A stretch of 34,514 bases of DNA from a virus (Duplodnaviria > Caudoviricetes). Each line of letters starts with the position of its first letter. Position 1 is the first letter of the stretch. A program made the translations under genes and the position numbers. The stretch spans positions 1 to 34,514 of IMG/VR virus record IMGVR_UViG_3300032227_001003, one strand, 5' to 3'. This document shows positions 8,226 through 17,322 of the stretch, one piece after another. Under the pieces are notes generated by a model. The model was not told the origin of the DNA, did not search any database, and saw only the letters and a program-made list of their open reading frames with translations.

Positions 8226-8630
8226 ATGTCACAAAAAGTTAATCGCCGGAACAAAGCAGACGCTCTCCTGAGCGTTACCAAGGCGCTCCCCGCTGCCGCT
8301 GCCAACAACGACTCCGATGAAATCTACATCGGCCCCGCTGGACCGCATCGCGAAGGCATGAAGCTCCGCGCTTCGTGGCCTGCCAACACCGTCCTCGTCG
8401 CCACCAAGCTCCTCACGCTTACGCTCAAGAGCGGAGCTACCGGAGCTCTTGCCGCCGAAGCCGATCCGACTGCTACCTACGTCATCACCGGAAATACCGG
8501 TTTCGACGCTGGCTACGTTGATTTCGAGCTTGGCCAGAATGTCGGTGAGTATGTCGCCGTCAACCAAGCCGTCGAAACTGGCGGTGGCTCCAACATCGCG
8601 ACCTCGTTCACCTACACGGTGGTTTGCTAA
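8226..8630 (+). CDS. Capsid decoration/cement protein (Bbp16-like jelly roll, putative)
   Basis: 134 aa, Ala/Thr/Gly beta-rich, immediately after the capsid gene. Confidence 0.6.
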   Translation: MSQKVNRRNKADALLSVTKALPAAAANNDSDEIYIGPAGPHREGMKLRASWPANTVLVATKLLTLTLKSGATGALAAEADPTATYVITGNTGFDAGYVDFELGQNVGEYVAVNQAVETGGGSNIATSFTYTVVC

Positions 8631-8643
8631 ACAATTCCGCCCC

Positions 8644-8889
8644 ATGCCTGCAGTAAATTCGAACGCGAAAGCAGACGACGCACCGGGGGAGGTTCCGCCT
8701 CTTCCCTCCCCTGGTGCGACTGCGGACAGGGTTAACCGCATCCAGCGAATCGTTGACATTGTTGAAATGCTCAACGGCACACCAGACCAAGACACGGTCA
8801 TCGAGGACGAGCGGAAAAACCTCACGGCATTTATTGCTGAAAATCTCGACGCCGGTCTCACCGCCAAAGTCAAAGCCATTCTGAAATGA
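8644..8889 (+). CDS. Hypothetical head-associated protein
   Basis: ATG at 8644; ATGA-coupled to the next gene. Confidence 0.6.
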   Translation: MPAVNSNAKADDAPGEVPPLPSPGATADRVNRIQRIVDIVEMLNGTPDQDTVIEDERKNLTAFIAENLDAGLTAKVKAILK

Positions 8890-9185
8890 GCTATGCAACA
8901 CTCGACCATCAAGCAGCCCTTGCCGATCTGATCGCGTTTGAAGGCAAGATGATCGAAATCGATGGCGTGAAAATGAGGGCAATTATCGAACAAGGCGACA
9001 CCTCGTTTGAAGCAAGCGAATTCGGAATCGACAACCGCGAAAGCACGCTGACCGCGACCATCCTAAACAGAGGCACGACGCCGCGCAAACAAGCGCCCGT
9101 CTTTTACCAAGGGCAAAAATATCGCATCACGGCAATCAAGCCCGAAGGCGACCGAATCCTTTCCATTGACCTGACCAATGATTGA
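8886..9185 (+). CDS. Head-tail joining/closure protein (gpFII-like)
   Basis: 99 aa beta-rich, with GQKYRITAIKPEG motif; expected position. Confidence 0.65.
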   Translation: MSYATLDHQAALADLIAFEGKMIEIDGVKMRAIIEQGDTSFEASEFGIDNRESTLTATILNRGTTPRKQAPVFYQGQKYRITAIKPEGDRILSIDLTND

Positions 9186-9591
9186 TACCACCCCAGATCT
9201 CGCAGAGCGAGTCGAGGATAGCATCGCACGGGTTTTCCGTGATGCCTTCCCTGGTATTGTCATCGCAACCTCTAGCAAGCCCGAGGAGCGCGTTGGAACG
9301 TCCATCGGCATCAAGGCCGAAACTGGGGCAGAGGAGCCAATCGGAACGAACATGTTCCCCATCTCCATCGACATCGAGACGCGCAACCTCAATGCACCAC
9401 AGCGCGAACTGATGCGCGAAATGATCGGCAATGCCGACTCTGCCAAGCAGACGGTTTCCGCTTACTCAGCCAAATCCTTTTCCATGCCGCGAGGCCAAGC
9501 CGTTGAAATGATCGGCGCACCTCGCACGGTCGAGAACGAAAACGACCGCATCATCACCTATTCTCTTGTCGCCACAATCCAACCCATCTGA
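9178..9591 (+). CDS. Tail terminator/completion protein (putative)
   Basis: Size and position just before the tail tube gene. Confidence 0.5.
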   Translation: MIDTTPDLAERVEDSIARVFRDAFPGIVIATSSKPEERVGTSIGIKAETGAEEPIGTNMFPISIDIETRNLNAPQRELMREMIGNADSAKQTVSAYSAKSFSMPRGQAVEMIGAPRTVENENDRIITYSLVATIQPI

Positions 9592-9594
9592 GCC

Positions 9595-9975
9595 ATGCCA
9601 ACTCCCACTTTTGTATCTGCAACCAACTTCGTAAAAGGCGTTGTCAGCGCCGAGACGGCCATTAACATTTCCGATTTTCGCCAAGGCTGGACCAACGAAA
9701 AGATCTTCATCGAAGACAAAGGCGGATCGCCAACCGGTTTTGTTTACAACTTCCTGACCGCGACCACCTGCACCATTACCGGCGAGGTTAACACCTCCGC
9801 TCTTAGTGGCATTCTTGGTGTTGCTTTCGGAACTGCTGAGGTCGTGGCAAATTCCGTGTCTGGCTACGGTATCACCACGGGAGGTTTCTATATGGACGAC
9901 ATCGAAATCAGTCAATCGCGAGGCGCTCTGGCAACGGCCACGGTGAACTTCACCAAGCATCCTGATATCACCTGA
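9595..9975 (+). CDS. Major tail tube protein (putative)
   Basis: 126 aa Thr/Gly-rich beta protein (TCTITGEV...FYMDDIEISQSRGALATATVNF); biased codons. Confidence 0.65.
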   Translation: MPTPTFVSATNFVKGVVSAETAINISDFRQGWTNEKIFIEDKGGSPTGFVYNFLTATTCTITGEVNTSALSGILGVAFGTAEVVANSVSGYGITTGGFYMDDIEISQSRGALATATVNFTKHPDIT

Positions 9976-9977
9976 GG

Positions 9978-10658
9978 ATGAGTGAACTAAAAGGGGCGGG
10001 AGTTAATATCATCCCAACGCAATGTCCGCGCTTCTTCGCGGCTTGCGTCACTGCTGGCGTCGAGCTGGAACCGGGAACACCAGGCGTCTCTAACGTCTAT
10101 TCCAAGGGCGTGACCTACGATCCCGACGAGCCGGGAACGATCAGCTACCACCTCGACAACAAGACCGTCGGCCCTTTGTCGCTCGCCAAAGTCTGGCGGG
10201 ATCCGTCGCAGGACATGACCGAAGCCGCAGCCCTGCCGGCGCGAATGATTAGCGCGAGAACAGAAGACCATTGGCAGCAAATCGCCGACGATCTCGAGCT
10301 GTTGCACGTTTACTGTGCCATCGCGCACATCAAGTCATTCGCCGATGGCAAATTCGCAATCGGAATGCGTGCTGTGACCGACGAGGAAGAGCGCGCCGCA
10401 CAAATACTCTCCGACATGCCCGATGTTATCCGCAACGCAACAGGAAGGCGCAACGGCGGAAAGATCGCTGAACGTTTTGACGCCATCTGGATGCCTGCCA
10501 TGTTCGCTTGGGTAAAGGCATGGGTGGCCAATTACCTTGAGCTGAAAGACATCTGGAAGGCGGCGAATCCCGCAATCAAGATCGAGCGCGAGGGCTTTCC
10601 GCTCGTCATCCCAAAAGGTCCACAATTTGAGAAACTAGCCCGTCGTTGGGTCAAATAA
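9978..10658 (+). CDS. Hypothetical protein within the tail operon
   Basis: 226 aa ORF tightly packed between tail genes. Confidence 0.7.
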   Translation: MSELKGAGVNIIPTQCPRFFAACVTAGVELEPGTPGVSNVYSKGVTYDPDEPGTISYHLDNKTVGPLSLAKVWRDPSQDMTEAAALPARMISARTEDHWQQIADDLELLHVYCAIAHIKSFADGKFAIGMRAVTDEEERAAQILSDMPDVIRNATGRRNGGKIAERFDAIWMPAMFAWVKAWVANYLELKDIWKAANPAIKIEREGFPLVIPKGPQFEKLARRWVK

Positions 10659-10670
10659 CCAAAAAGAAGC

Positions 10671-11126
10671 ATGAGTGAAATCACCATCGAAGACATCGAA
10701 AAAGAGAACAGCGTCACGCCTGACGTAGTTGCCGCACGCAGCCGATCCTACCAATTCAAGGGCAAGGCCTTAAAGCCCTTTTCAAAATCCCGCTCGACGG
10801 CAGCGCGATGCATGGGCAATTCCCTCTTCCTCGGTCGCGCAAGGCCGGATGAAAACGGAGTCTGGGACCAGATCACGCTTGACTCGATCATGGTAGTCTG
10901 GCTTTGCTCCGTGGAAGATTCCCGCGTGGCCCGCGCCTGTCTGAATCGCGATCAAGCAATCATCGAAATGATGGCATGGTGGGACAAAGAGGGCGGGGAG
11001 ATCGGAGGCTCTGAAGAAATCGAGGCCGTGCAGCTTCTGAACATGATCTGCGAGGATATCCAAACCGTCTCGGCATCTGTCGAATCTCCCTCCGGTGGCC
11101 GCGACACCTCCAACGTGGGGGAGTGA
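10671..11126 (+). CDS. Tail assembly chaperone (gpG-like)
   Basis: Position downstream of the tail tube; ends in GTG GGG GAG TGA, overlapping a -1 frame ORF. Confidence 0.55.
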   Translation: MSEITIEDIEKENSVTPDVVAARSRSYQFKGKALKPFSKSRSTAARCMGNSLFLGRARPDENGVWDQITLDSIMVVWLCSVEDSRVARACLNRDQAIIEMMAWWDKEGGEIGGSEEIEAVQLLNMICEDIQTVSASVESPSGGRDTSNVGE

Positions 11127-11341
11127 TCGGGAGCGATGCTGACTACGTTTCGACCGTAGCGGCAAAGCTCCCCGGCCAGACTTGGGCATATTACATGGAC
11201 GAGCTACCGCTCTGTATCGGTATGCAGTTGCGCAACGCTGACCTTTTCGAGCGCGGCTGCGACATTGTGCCACCAGGCAGGAGCGCATCGGCAAAGATGC
11301 AGGAGATCCTTGGCGAACATGCGGAAGCGTGGTTTAGTTGA
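11123..11341 (+). CDS. Tail assembly chaperone gpT-like segment (probably expressed by -1 frameshift)
   Basis: In the -1 frame relative to the upstream gene; PGQTWAYYMDELPL resembles gpT-type segments. Confidence 0.5.
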   Translation: MIGSDADYVSTVAAKLPGQTWAYYMDELPLCIGMQLRNADLFERGCDIVPPGRSASAKMQEILGEHAEAWFS

Positions 11342-11343
11342 GT

Positions 11344-11955
11344 ATGGACCGAATAAAAGCAGATTGGGAAATGGCAGAGTTCACGAAGGCTTTGCAGGAG
11401 TATCTTGTCGAGTCTCGAAAGGACACCGGAACGGCCATCAACGAAAAGGCCGTGCGGGTTGCTTTTACTGCCAGTAAAAACATGCCTGCTGCAATTGAGG
11501 TAAAAGCCCAAATCAGCACCGATCATCCAAAGGGGAGTTCGATCTGGCACGCCATCGCAACCGGGAAAACCAAGTTCGGGATCACCAAATTCGGAGCAGC
11601 AGTAAGAGGGCAGGGAAACAAAAAGATCGCCGATCAAATCTACTCGTCTCGCGTCAGGCACGCTGGTTATTCCAGATCGCTTTTCCTCAAGCTGGCGAGC
11701 GATCTTGGCGGGAAAGTTCGCGCAGTGAAAAAGGTAGCGTCAATCGACAACGCAAAAGGCAAAAAGGCCAACGAAGGCGGAAAGAAAGATTTTATGGCCG
11801 CAGTTTTGCAAATCCTCGGCGTCGATCAAGAGCACGGCGGAAAACTGGATCGCGCAATTGCCTCGGCCTTGACTACGGAAGCGGCAGACATGCGGAAATA
11901 CATTGAGGCCAAGATCGCCAAACGCGCACAGACTCATTCGGGAAGAAGAAGGTGA
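11344..11955 (+). CDS. Neck/tail completion protein (HK97 gp10/lambda gpZ-like, putative)
   Basis: Basic helical protein of about 200 aa in the morphogenesis operon. Confidence 0.5.
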   Translation: MDRIKADWEMAEFTKALQEYLVESRKDTGTAINEKAVRVAFTASKNMPAAIEVKAQISTDHPKGSSIWHAIATGKTKFGITKFGAAVRGQGNKKIADQIYSSRVRHAGYSRSLFLKLASDLGGKVRAVKKVASIDNAKGKKANEGGKKDFMAAVLQILGVDQEHGGKLDRAIASALTTEAADMRKYIEAKIAKRAQTHSGRRR

Positions 11956-12368
11956 TGCAACGCTTCTCAATCAAGGCTCTCTCCTCGATGTTTCGCACCA
12001 ATCGCGAGACGGTGGAAAAACGCGCCTCGCACCTGGGGCTGAAGTTTGAGGAAGGCGACAAGGGCGCAAAGCTCTACGACATCTTCGAGATCGCTCAGCT
12101 TCGCCCTCCACCAGCTCGCAGCGAAGGCGCAATGTCCTTGGAGGAGGCGAGGACGCGAGAGGCTACAGCGCGCGCTGAGGGGCTAGAAATGGACAATGCG
12201 CGGAAGCGCCGGGAGCTTGCAAACGTGGACGAGCTAATGGCCGCTCAGAACGTCCTCTTTGACGAGATCGCCGCGATGATCAAGAAATCGAAAATGACCG
12301 ACGCGGAAAAGGAGGATTGTCTGAGCGTGATTTCATCGGTTCCTCGGAAGTGCTGGGGCGAGCTTTAA
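11952..12368 (+). CDS. terS: Terminase small subunit (Nu1-like)
   Basis: N-terminal wHTH (SIKALSSMFRTNRETV...KLYDI), then LEEARTREATARAEGLEMDNARKRRELANVDEL coiled coil typical of Nu1/DUF1441. Confidence 0.8.
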   Translation: MMQRFSIKALSSMFRTNRETVEKRASHLGLKFEEGDKGAKLYDIFEIAQLRPPPARSEGAMSLEEARTREATARAEGLEMDNARKRRELANVDELMAAQNVLFDEIAAMIKKSKMTDAEKEDCLSVISSVPRKCWGEL

Positions 12369-13807
12369 GAGTTGCTGGGAGTCGCCGGCGCTTTCCCAAT
12401 TGCCGTAGACAGCCCTGCCGCTTCCAGCTTGGCGTTGTCCGCCTCATTCTCGGCAATGATCTTGTCGATGTTCAAGCCGCGATCCTTGGCCGCACGCTCG
12501 CGCGAATTAAGCGAAAGAGCGATTTCCCGCTCGATGGCCTCGATGTCGCCGACGGGATCCACCCAAGTCCAAGTCCTGCCAGAGAACTCGACATGTGATA
12601 GACGGTCGAAATCAAGGAGGGTATAGCCCTCAATCCTACCCATTAGGAGGGCCATTCGTAGCCAACGCTCGAAAAGCGGAATCTCAAACGTGTCGATGAA
12701 CCACGAATGGAGAATCTTGTAAATGTCGCGCTCTGACAGGACGCCCTGCCGGATCGAGGAATACGAAACGCCCTCAAGATCCTGCGCCCAGGTGTTGTAA
12801 TTGACGTAGATGCCCGGGGAGACGCCGCGCAGAATGGCTTTTCTAAAGTCAGGCATCGCACTATTAGGGTGCGCCGGATCAATCATCTGGGCCTCGACGC
12901 CGTGGGGAAGCGTCTCAAACGTGCCTGGTGCGGAAGGCGCAATGGCTTTCCCGTCGTCGTCCTCATCGCCAGTGTATTGAGCCTCGCCCGTCTGCTTGAA
13001 GAATCCAAGCTTGTTGGCGCTGATACGGGCGGCGATGACCTCGGCCTCTTCAAACTTCGCAAGATGCCGAAGGCGAAGGAGCGCGTTGGCCAGCCAAGAA
13101 TAGCCTTGGCTCTGGTTGATCCGTCGAGCAAGGAAGGTGTGGATCATGTTGTCACCAGGCACTGCGAACGTCTCGCGCGTATACCTGCCGCTCTTAGGAT
13201 CCATTTTCCTAAGGTGGTATTTGATCGGCTCGTCCCACTCGTCAAACTCCACGCCCATGTAGATACGAGCGGCATCGTTCCGGTGGTGCGGATCCAGAGC
13301 GTCGATCTCGATGCCCTGCGCAGCAAAGCGGAAATCGTTTTTCGGAAAGCCTTCAACGGTGCGGGTCAAAAAGCCACCATCGCGAACGGCAGAACGCAAG
13401 GCGAGACGCTCGAAAGCAGCGCGTGAGAACTGCCGCGTAACGTCAAAATTGCCACGCCGGGAGAAATCCTCCCAAGCCTCCTCGACCTTTGCTCTCGCGT
13501 TGTTGTCCGCACTGTTGGACAATCCCTTTTTGCTCCTCGCATCTGCTCGACGGGCGAGCGATTTCATTCGGATGCCGTGCTGCCCGATGACGTTAGATTC
13601 CAAGGCCATTAACGCGCCCTCGATGTAGCCGTCATTCCGCTCAGAATCCCGCGCACGGTCGCGCAGTGACTTGGCATCCTGCTTGATCGCGTTATCCGCT
13701 GGGCCTGTTCCTGCGACCCAGTCATTGGTGTATCGCGTGCCTTTTGCCGCGTCAAAATTGCGCGTACGGATGGGCTTGTTGTTGGGGCCGTAAAGGAGAG
13801 GTTTCAT
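12365..13807 (-). CDS. Portal protein, lambda family
   Basis: LRDRARDSERND, GVEFDEWDEPIKYHL, DLEGVSYSSIRQG and WVDPVGD motifs. Confidence 0.93.
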   Translation of the reverse strand: MKPLLYGPNNKPIRTRNFDAAKGTRYTNDWVAGTGPADNAIKQDAKSLRDRARDSERNDGYIEGALMALESNVIGQHGIRMKSLARRADARSKKGLSNSADNNARAKVEEAWEDFSRRGNFDVTRQFSRAAFERLALRSAVRDGGFLTRTVEGFPKNDFRFAAQGIEIDALDPHHRNDAARIYMGVEFDEWDEPIKYHLRKMDPKSGRYTRETFAVPGDNMIHTFLARRINQSQGYSWLANALLRLRHLAKFEEAEVIAARISANKLGFFKQTGEAQYTGDEDDDGKAIAPSAPGTFETLPHGVEAQMIDPAHPNSAMPDFRKAILRGVSPGIYVNYNTWAQDLEGVSYSSIRQGVLSERDIYKILHSWFIDTFEIPLFERWLRMALLMGRIEGYTLLDFDRLSHVEFSGRTWTWVDPVGDIEAIEREIALSLNSRERAAKDRGLNIDKIIAENEADNAKLEAAGLSTAIGKAPATPSNS

Positions 13808-14340
13808 TCAAATCTGGAATAAATGGTTCGACCGTTGGAAAGGCCAGCATCAGCGCGAGCCTTGGCAATTTCAGTGTCGAGATCGCGGCGGTATTTGGTC
13901 AAAAGCTCACGAGCGTCCATCAAGGAGATCTTAGTAATCGGCACGCCGCCGACCGTGTAAGTCTCAAGCCCTCGGCCTTCGTCGTCTGAGATTCGACCTT
14001 CAAGGTGTGCTTCCAAAGCCTTAACCATCTTCCGCGCATGACTCGGCAGCGGGGCGCGATCCGGCGGGGCTTGTAGCGTGATATTGCCAATGGACTCAAC
14101 CGACCGAATCCCGGCCACCTCAAGCGTCAAGGCAACAACATAAATTCCAGCTGGCAGGTTCGCGGTCTTTTCGGGTGGATAGGTAGCAGTTGCCGTCGTC
14201 CCTGAGACTGACAGCGGAACCGTGACAACGTCGCCCGTGTCAATGCTGCGAAAATGAGCGGATCCTGTAGCGCCTGACGTTACAGTTGCCGTAAATTCGA
14301 TGGATTCGCCGCAGAATGCACGGGAGGGTAAAGCTGCCAT
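13804..14340 (-). CDS. Head completion protein, gpW-like C-terminus with N-terminal Ig-like extension
   Basis: Between terL and portal; TYTVGGVPITKISLMDARELLTKYRRDL; start at ATG 14340. Confidence 0.7.
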   Translation of the reverse strand: MAALPSRAFCGESIEFTATVTSGATGSAHFRSIDTGDVVTVPLSVSGTTATATYPPEKTANLPAGIYVVALTLEVAGIRSVESIGNITLQAPPDRAPLPSHARKMVKALEAHLEGRISDDEGRGLETYTVGGVPITKISLMDARELLTKYRRDLDTEIAKARADAGLSNGRTIYSRFE

Positions 14341-14374
14341 GTCGATGACTCGACAAAACAAAGCCCGATTTCAA
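14341..14374 (-). promoter_or_regulatory. Late-promoter motif copy 2 (gpW-portal)
   Basis: Minus strand TTGAAATCGGGCTTTGTTTTGTCGAGTCATCGAC-ATG. Confidence 0.75.
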
Positions 14375-14385
14375 GGCGCTTTTGG

Positions 14386-16269
14386 TTAATCAGCTACGAA
14401 ATCGAGAGTATATTCGCGCTCTTTACCTCGATCTGGCAGGTTCTTGGCCGCATATTCAGCGTATTTTTTGGCAATCGTGGCAAAAGCAATGTCGAGCTTC
14501 TTGGCGGCGGCGATGTTGTAGACGCGAACGTCGAGCGGTTCGTTCCGGTCGCGCTTGTCCTTCTTGTCGAAAAACTCGTAGAAGCTCCCGTCTTGTCCTT
14601 TCTTCAGCGTCACCTTTTCGATCAGCAGGCGCTGGAAATATTCCGGGGTATAACCATGGCCGCTGGGGAAATGCATGTAATTATGCGGATAGATGGAAGA
14701 TTTGCGATCTTGCCGCAGCGCCGCGTTCTGGTAGATCATGCTCTTGCATTCGTGCGTGCCGATCTCAAAGAACGTTCCTCGCTTCTCCCTCTTAGGCTGC
14801 GAGACAATCGGCTTGCCCAAAACGGTCGAGCCGAAGATGGCAAAGACACCGCGAGCCTGTCGCACCTTGGTAAAGGCTAGCACCTGGGCCTGCCGAAATT
14901 TCGAGTCGATAAAAACTGAGGCGACTCGCAGCACTTTGCCGCAAGGGTGGAGGAACTCCGTCTGAAGCAGCGCATCGAGCTTTTGCCAAACCTCTGGCTC
15001 CATCGTCCCCCCGCTCAGAATGTGATACCCAAGCCCCCATGTCTGGCCGTTGACGCCGTGGCCGACAAACTCAAACTCCAAACGGTCGCCTTGAACGTCG
15101 CAACCTCCTGTGACAACCAGCACGCCAGCCGGGACTTTAAACTGGTTTTCAGTCACGCGCTCAAGGTAGTCGTAAGCCTCCTGAGCAAGGCCGACCGGAT
15201 CCGGCATTTCCTCCTCGGGCGCTTGGTAGGTTTCCGCGTCGAACGTGTTGATCAAGACGCGCTTGGCCTTCTCGCGATTGTCCGCCGCCTCGATTTTCAA
15301 CTCCTCGACCGCAGCCCAGTGCAGATGACTCGCGAATCCCTTTTGGGGAGGATGCGGCGACATCATGCGGGATCCGTGAAAGCCTGCGATTCCATTAAAC
15401 GGTCGCGTGGCCTGCCATCGGCCATTGCGAATCATCTCCATGCGCTCAGCATCGGAGATTCGGCACTCGCTCTCGGGGCATTTAATCCACGCATCCTCGG
15501 GCTTGTCGCGGTCATATTTGAGCTGGCGGCGATGCAGGACAAACTCCTTGGCGCAATGCGGACAGGGCGCAATCCAGACTCGCCAATCTGATTGGAGCAT
15601 CAGCGCCTCGATCTTGCTCTTGCCTTTGACGCTAGGATAGCTGGCCGCAATCTTGATCGTGTCAGCATATTCAGACCCTCGGACCCAGAAGATTTCGAGC
15701 GGGTCGCCTTCGTCGCTTTCGGTCGATTCAATGGCGTCGATCTCGTCCGCAAAGAGGAAGTTTCCCTTTGCTCTCCGCATCTCACCTGGAGCGTTTGACC
15801 CGAAGGCATTCACAAGACCACCAGGGAAAAGCTTGTGGAGGATTGTGTTCCCGCTTTTGCGCCGGCCAGAATCGTCGCCGATCAGCGAGGCAAGATCCGG
15901 CGTCGGATTGACCAGCTCTCCCATCAACGTCTCTTTGCTCCATTTCTCGGTCTGCGAGATCGTCGGATACATGACAAGGACGCGACGAGGGGCTTCGGCG
16001 ATGCTGTGGCCGATCTGGTTCATCACGACCTCGGTCTTGCCCATCCGGCTGGCGAGCATGTAAACTGTCATCTGCACGCGTGGATCGTATGGCGCTTCCA
16101 TCATTTCGCGTTGATACGGCGCAAAGTCGAACCGAAAGCGCCTTCCCCCCTCCATCCTTCGCACCTTTTCCGACCATTCCGGCGCGGTCATCGTGCGCTG
16201 GAATCGAAAGGCACGCTCTAAGTGCCTGAGAGTTCCCCGGTGATACCGATCAAGTGCCGCCTCATTCAT
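14386..16269 (-). CDS. terL: Terminase large subunit, lambda gpA family
   Basis: APYQREMM, Walker A ASRMGKT, Walker B LFADEID, CPHC...C Zn site, GCDVQGDRLE, FIDS, RNEPLD. Confidence 0.95.
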   Translation of the reverse strand: MNEAALDRYHRGTLRHLERAFRFQRTMTAPEWSEKVRRMEGGRRFRFDFAPYQREMMEAPYDPRVQMTVYMLASRMGKTEVVMNQIGHSIAEAPRRVLVMYPTISQTEKWSKETLMGELVNPTPDLASLIGDDSGRRKSGNTILHKLFPGGLVNAFGSNAPGEMRRAKGNFLFADEIDAIESTESDEGDPLEIFWVRGSEYADTIKIAASYPSVKGKSKIEALMLQSDWRVWIAPCPHCAKEFVLHRRQLKYDRDKPEDAWIKCPESECRISDAERMEMIRNGRWQATRPFNGIAGFHGSRMMSPHPPQKGFASHLHWAAVEELKIEAADNREKAKRVLINTFDAETYQAPEEEMPDPVGLAQEAYDYLERVTENQFKVPAGVLVVTGGCDVQGDRLEFEFVGHGVNGQTWGLGYHILSGGTMEPEVWQKLDALLQTEFLHPCGKVLRVASVFIDSKFRQAQVLAFTKVRQARGVFAIFGSTVLGKPIVSQPKREKRGTFFEIGTHECKSMIYQNAALRQDRKSSIYPHNYMHFPSGHGYTPEYFQRLLIEKVTLKKGQDGSFYEFFDKKDKRDRNEPLDVRVYNIAAAKKLDIAFATIAKKYAEYAAKNLPDRGKEREYTLDFVAD

Positions 16270-16280
16270 GTTTTAAGCCC

Positions 16281-17252
16281 TCAAACAGGCTGGCCGTGGC
16301 TCAACAATACCGGAGCCAGAGTCACCAGTTGCGAAAATTGCGTCTCCGTCCCGCGCGAAAAGGTCAGAAGCGCCGCAGTTGGCAGCGCCACGCTAGCCGC
16401 GTCGAGCAATCGCAGCACTTTGGAAGTGTCCAGCGTCATCGTCACGCCGATGGGGCCGATGAAGGTCTCGGAAACGGTGATCGCAGGATTTACTCCCACG
16501 GCAGTCCGCTTAATTTCAATCTTGATCGTCTCTCCGGTCGCATCTCTCGCTACCAAGAACTCTCCCGGTTCGATGTCCTCTAGTGCCGTCTCGATCTGAT
16601 ACGTTGAAACATCCGCCGAAAGCCACATCGTGCCGGTATCGGTTGCCGTCCTGATCTGGAACTTTCCGGCATCCGGCATCCTCGAGATGGTGATGCGGTC
16701 GTTTTGCGCAACGCTCACGCTACCGGTCGCCACGTTTGCAACCGTCACGGCAGCCTCGCTAATGTTGGCCGCGCTCGTCACCGCTACCAGTGTCTGGAGC
16801 GTTAGGTCAATCTCGACCGTCTCGACGTTGGAAGCGCCGCCAGCGATGAGCGTAAGCGCACGATTCGTCATCGTTCCGAAGGCGGAATGGGCAATGGTGA
16901 AATCGGCTCTTGCTCCGTTGCTGCGGAACGTGACGGTAAAAAGGCCATCTTTTCCCGTCACATCTACGCCACCTGCCGAAACAATGGCGGAAAGGCGATT
17001 AAGCGCAAGACCGAGCAAATGCGCGTCAATCCCGGCAGCGGGAAGCTCAATCGTGGAGGCCCCCCAGGTGATCGACCAATCGCCAGAGGCAATCAGCACG
17101 GGCTTTTCCAGCGCAAGGGAAAGGCTCAACGTGTCACTGCTCGTAATCTCCAAATGATCCGCGATTAGCTCGACGCTGAGACTGTCGCCGGGGCGAATCG
17201 CATCAGGCAATCCCCGCACCTGTCCCCTGTCATCGTATCGCAATCTGAGCAT
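16281..17252 (-). CDS. Virion structural protein (tail/baseplate-associated, repeated beta domains)
   Basis: Two related repeats (LALNRLSAIVSAGGVDVTG / IETALEDIEPGEFLVAR); start at ATG 17252 supported by the promoter motif. Confidence 0.6.
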   Translation of the reverse strand: MLRLRYDDRGQVRGLPDAIRPGDSLSVELIADHLEITSSDTLSLSLALEKPVLIASGDWSITWGASTIELPAAGIDAHLLGLALNRLSAIVSAGGVDVTGKDGLFTVTFRSNGARADFTIAHSAFGTMTNRALTLIAGGASNVETVEIDLTLQTLVAVTSAANISEAAVTVANVATGSVSVAQNDRITISRMPDAGKFQIRTATDTGTMWLSADVSTYQIETALEDIEPGEFLVARDATGETIKIEIKRTAVGVNPAITVSETFIGPIGVTMTLDTSKVLRLLDAASVALPTAALLTFSRGTETQFSQLVTLAPVLLSHGQPV

Positions 17253-17322
17253 GTCGGACGCCTCGACAAAACGCAGCGTAAAATCAAGTTGAAAATCCCG
17301 TTCGTTTTGTGCAGTCATCGGC
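17253..17322. promoter_or_regulatory. Back-to-back late-promoter motif copies 3 (minus) and 4 (plus)
   Basis: Minus: TTG 17287, GTTTTGT 17272, ATG 17252. Plus: TTG 17289, GTTTTGT 17304, ATG 17323. Centre TCAAGTTGA. Confidence 0.8.

Noticed and set aside
12365-17290. Actively invertible segment explaining the opposite orientation of terS and terL
   Set aside because: I found no flanking inverted repeats or invertase; stop codons interlock at the junction and each block has its own promoter motif.
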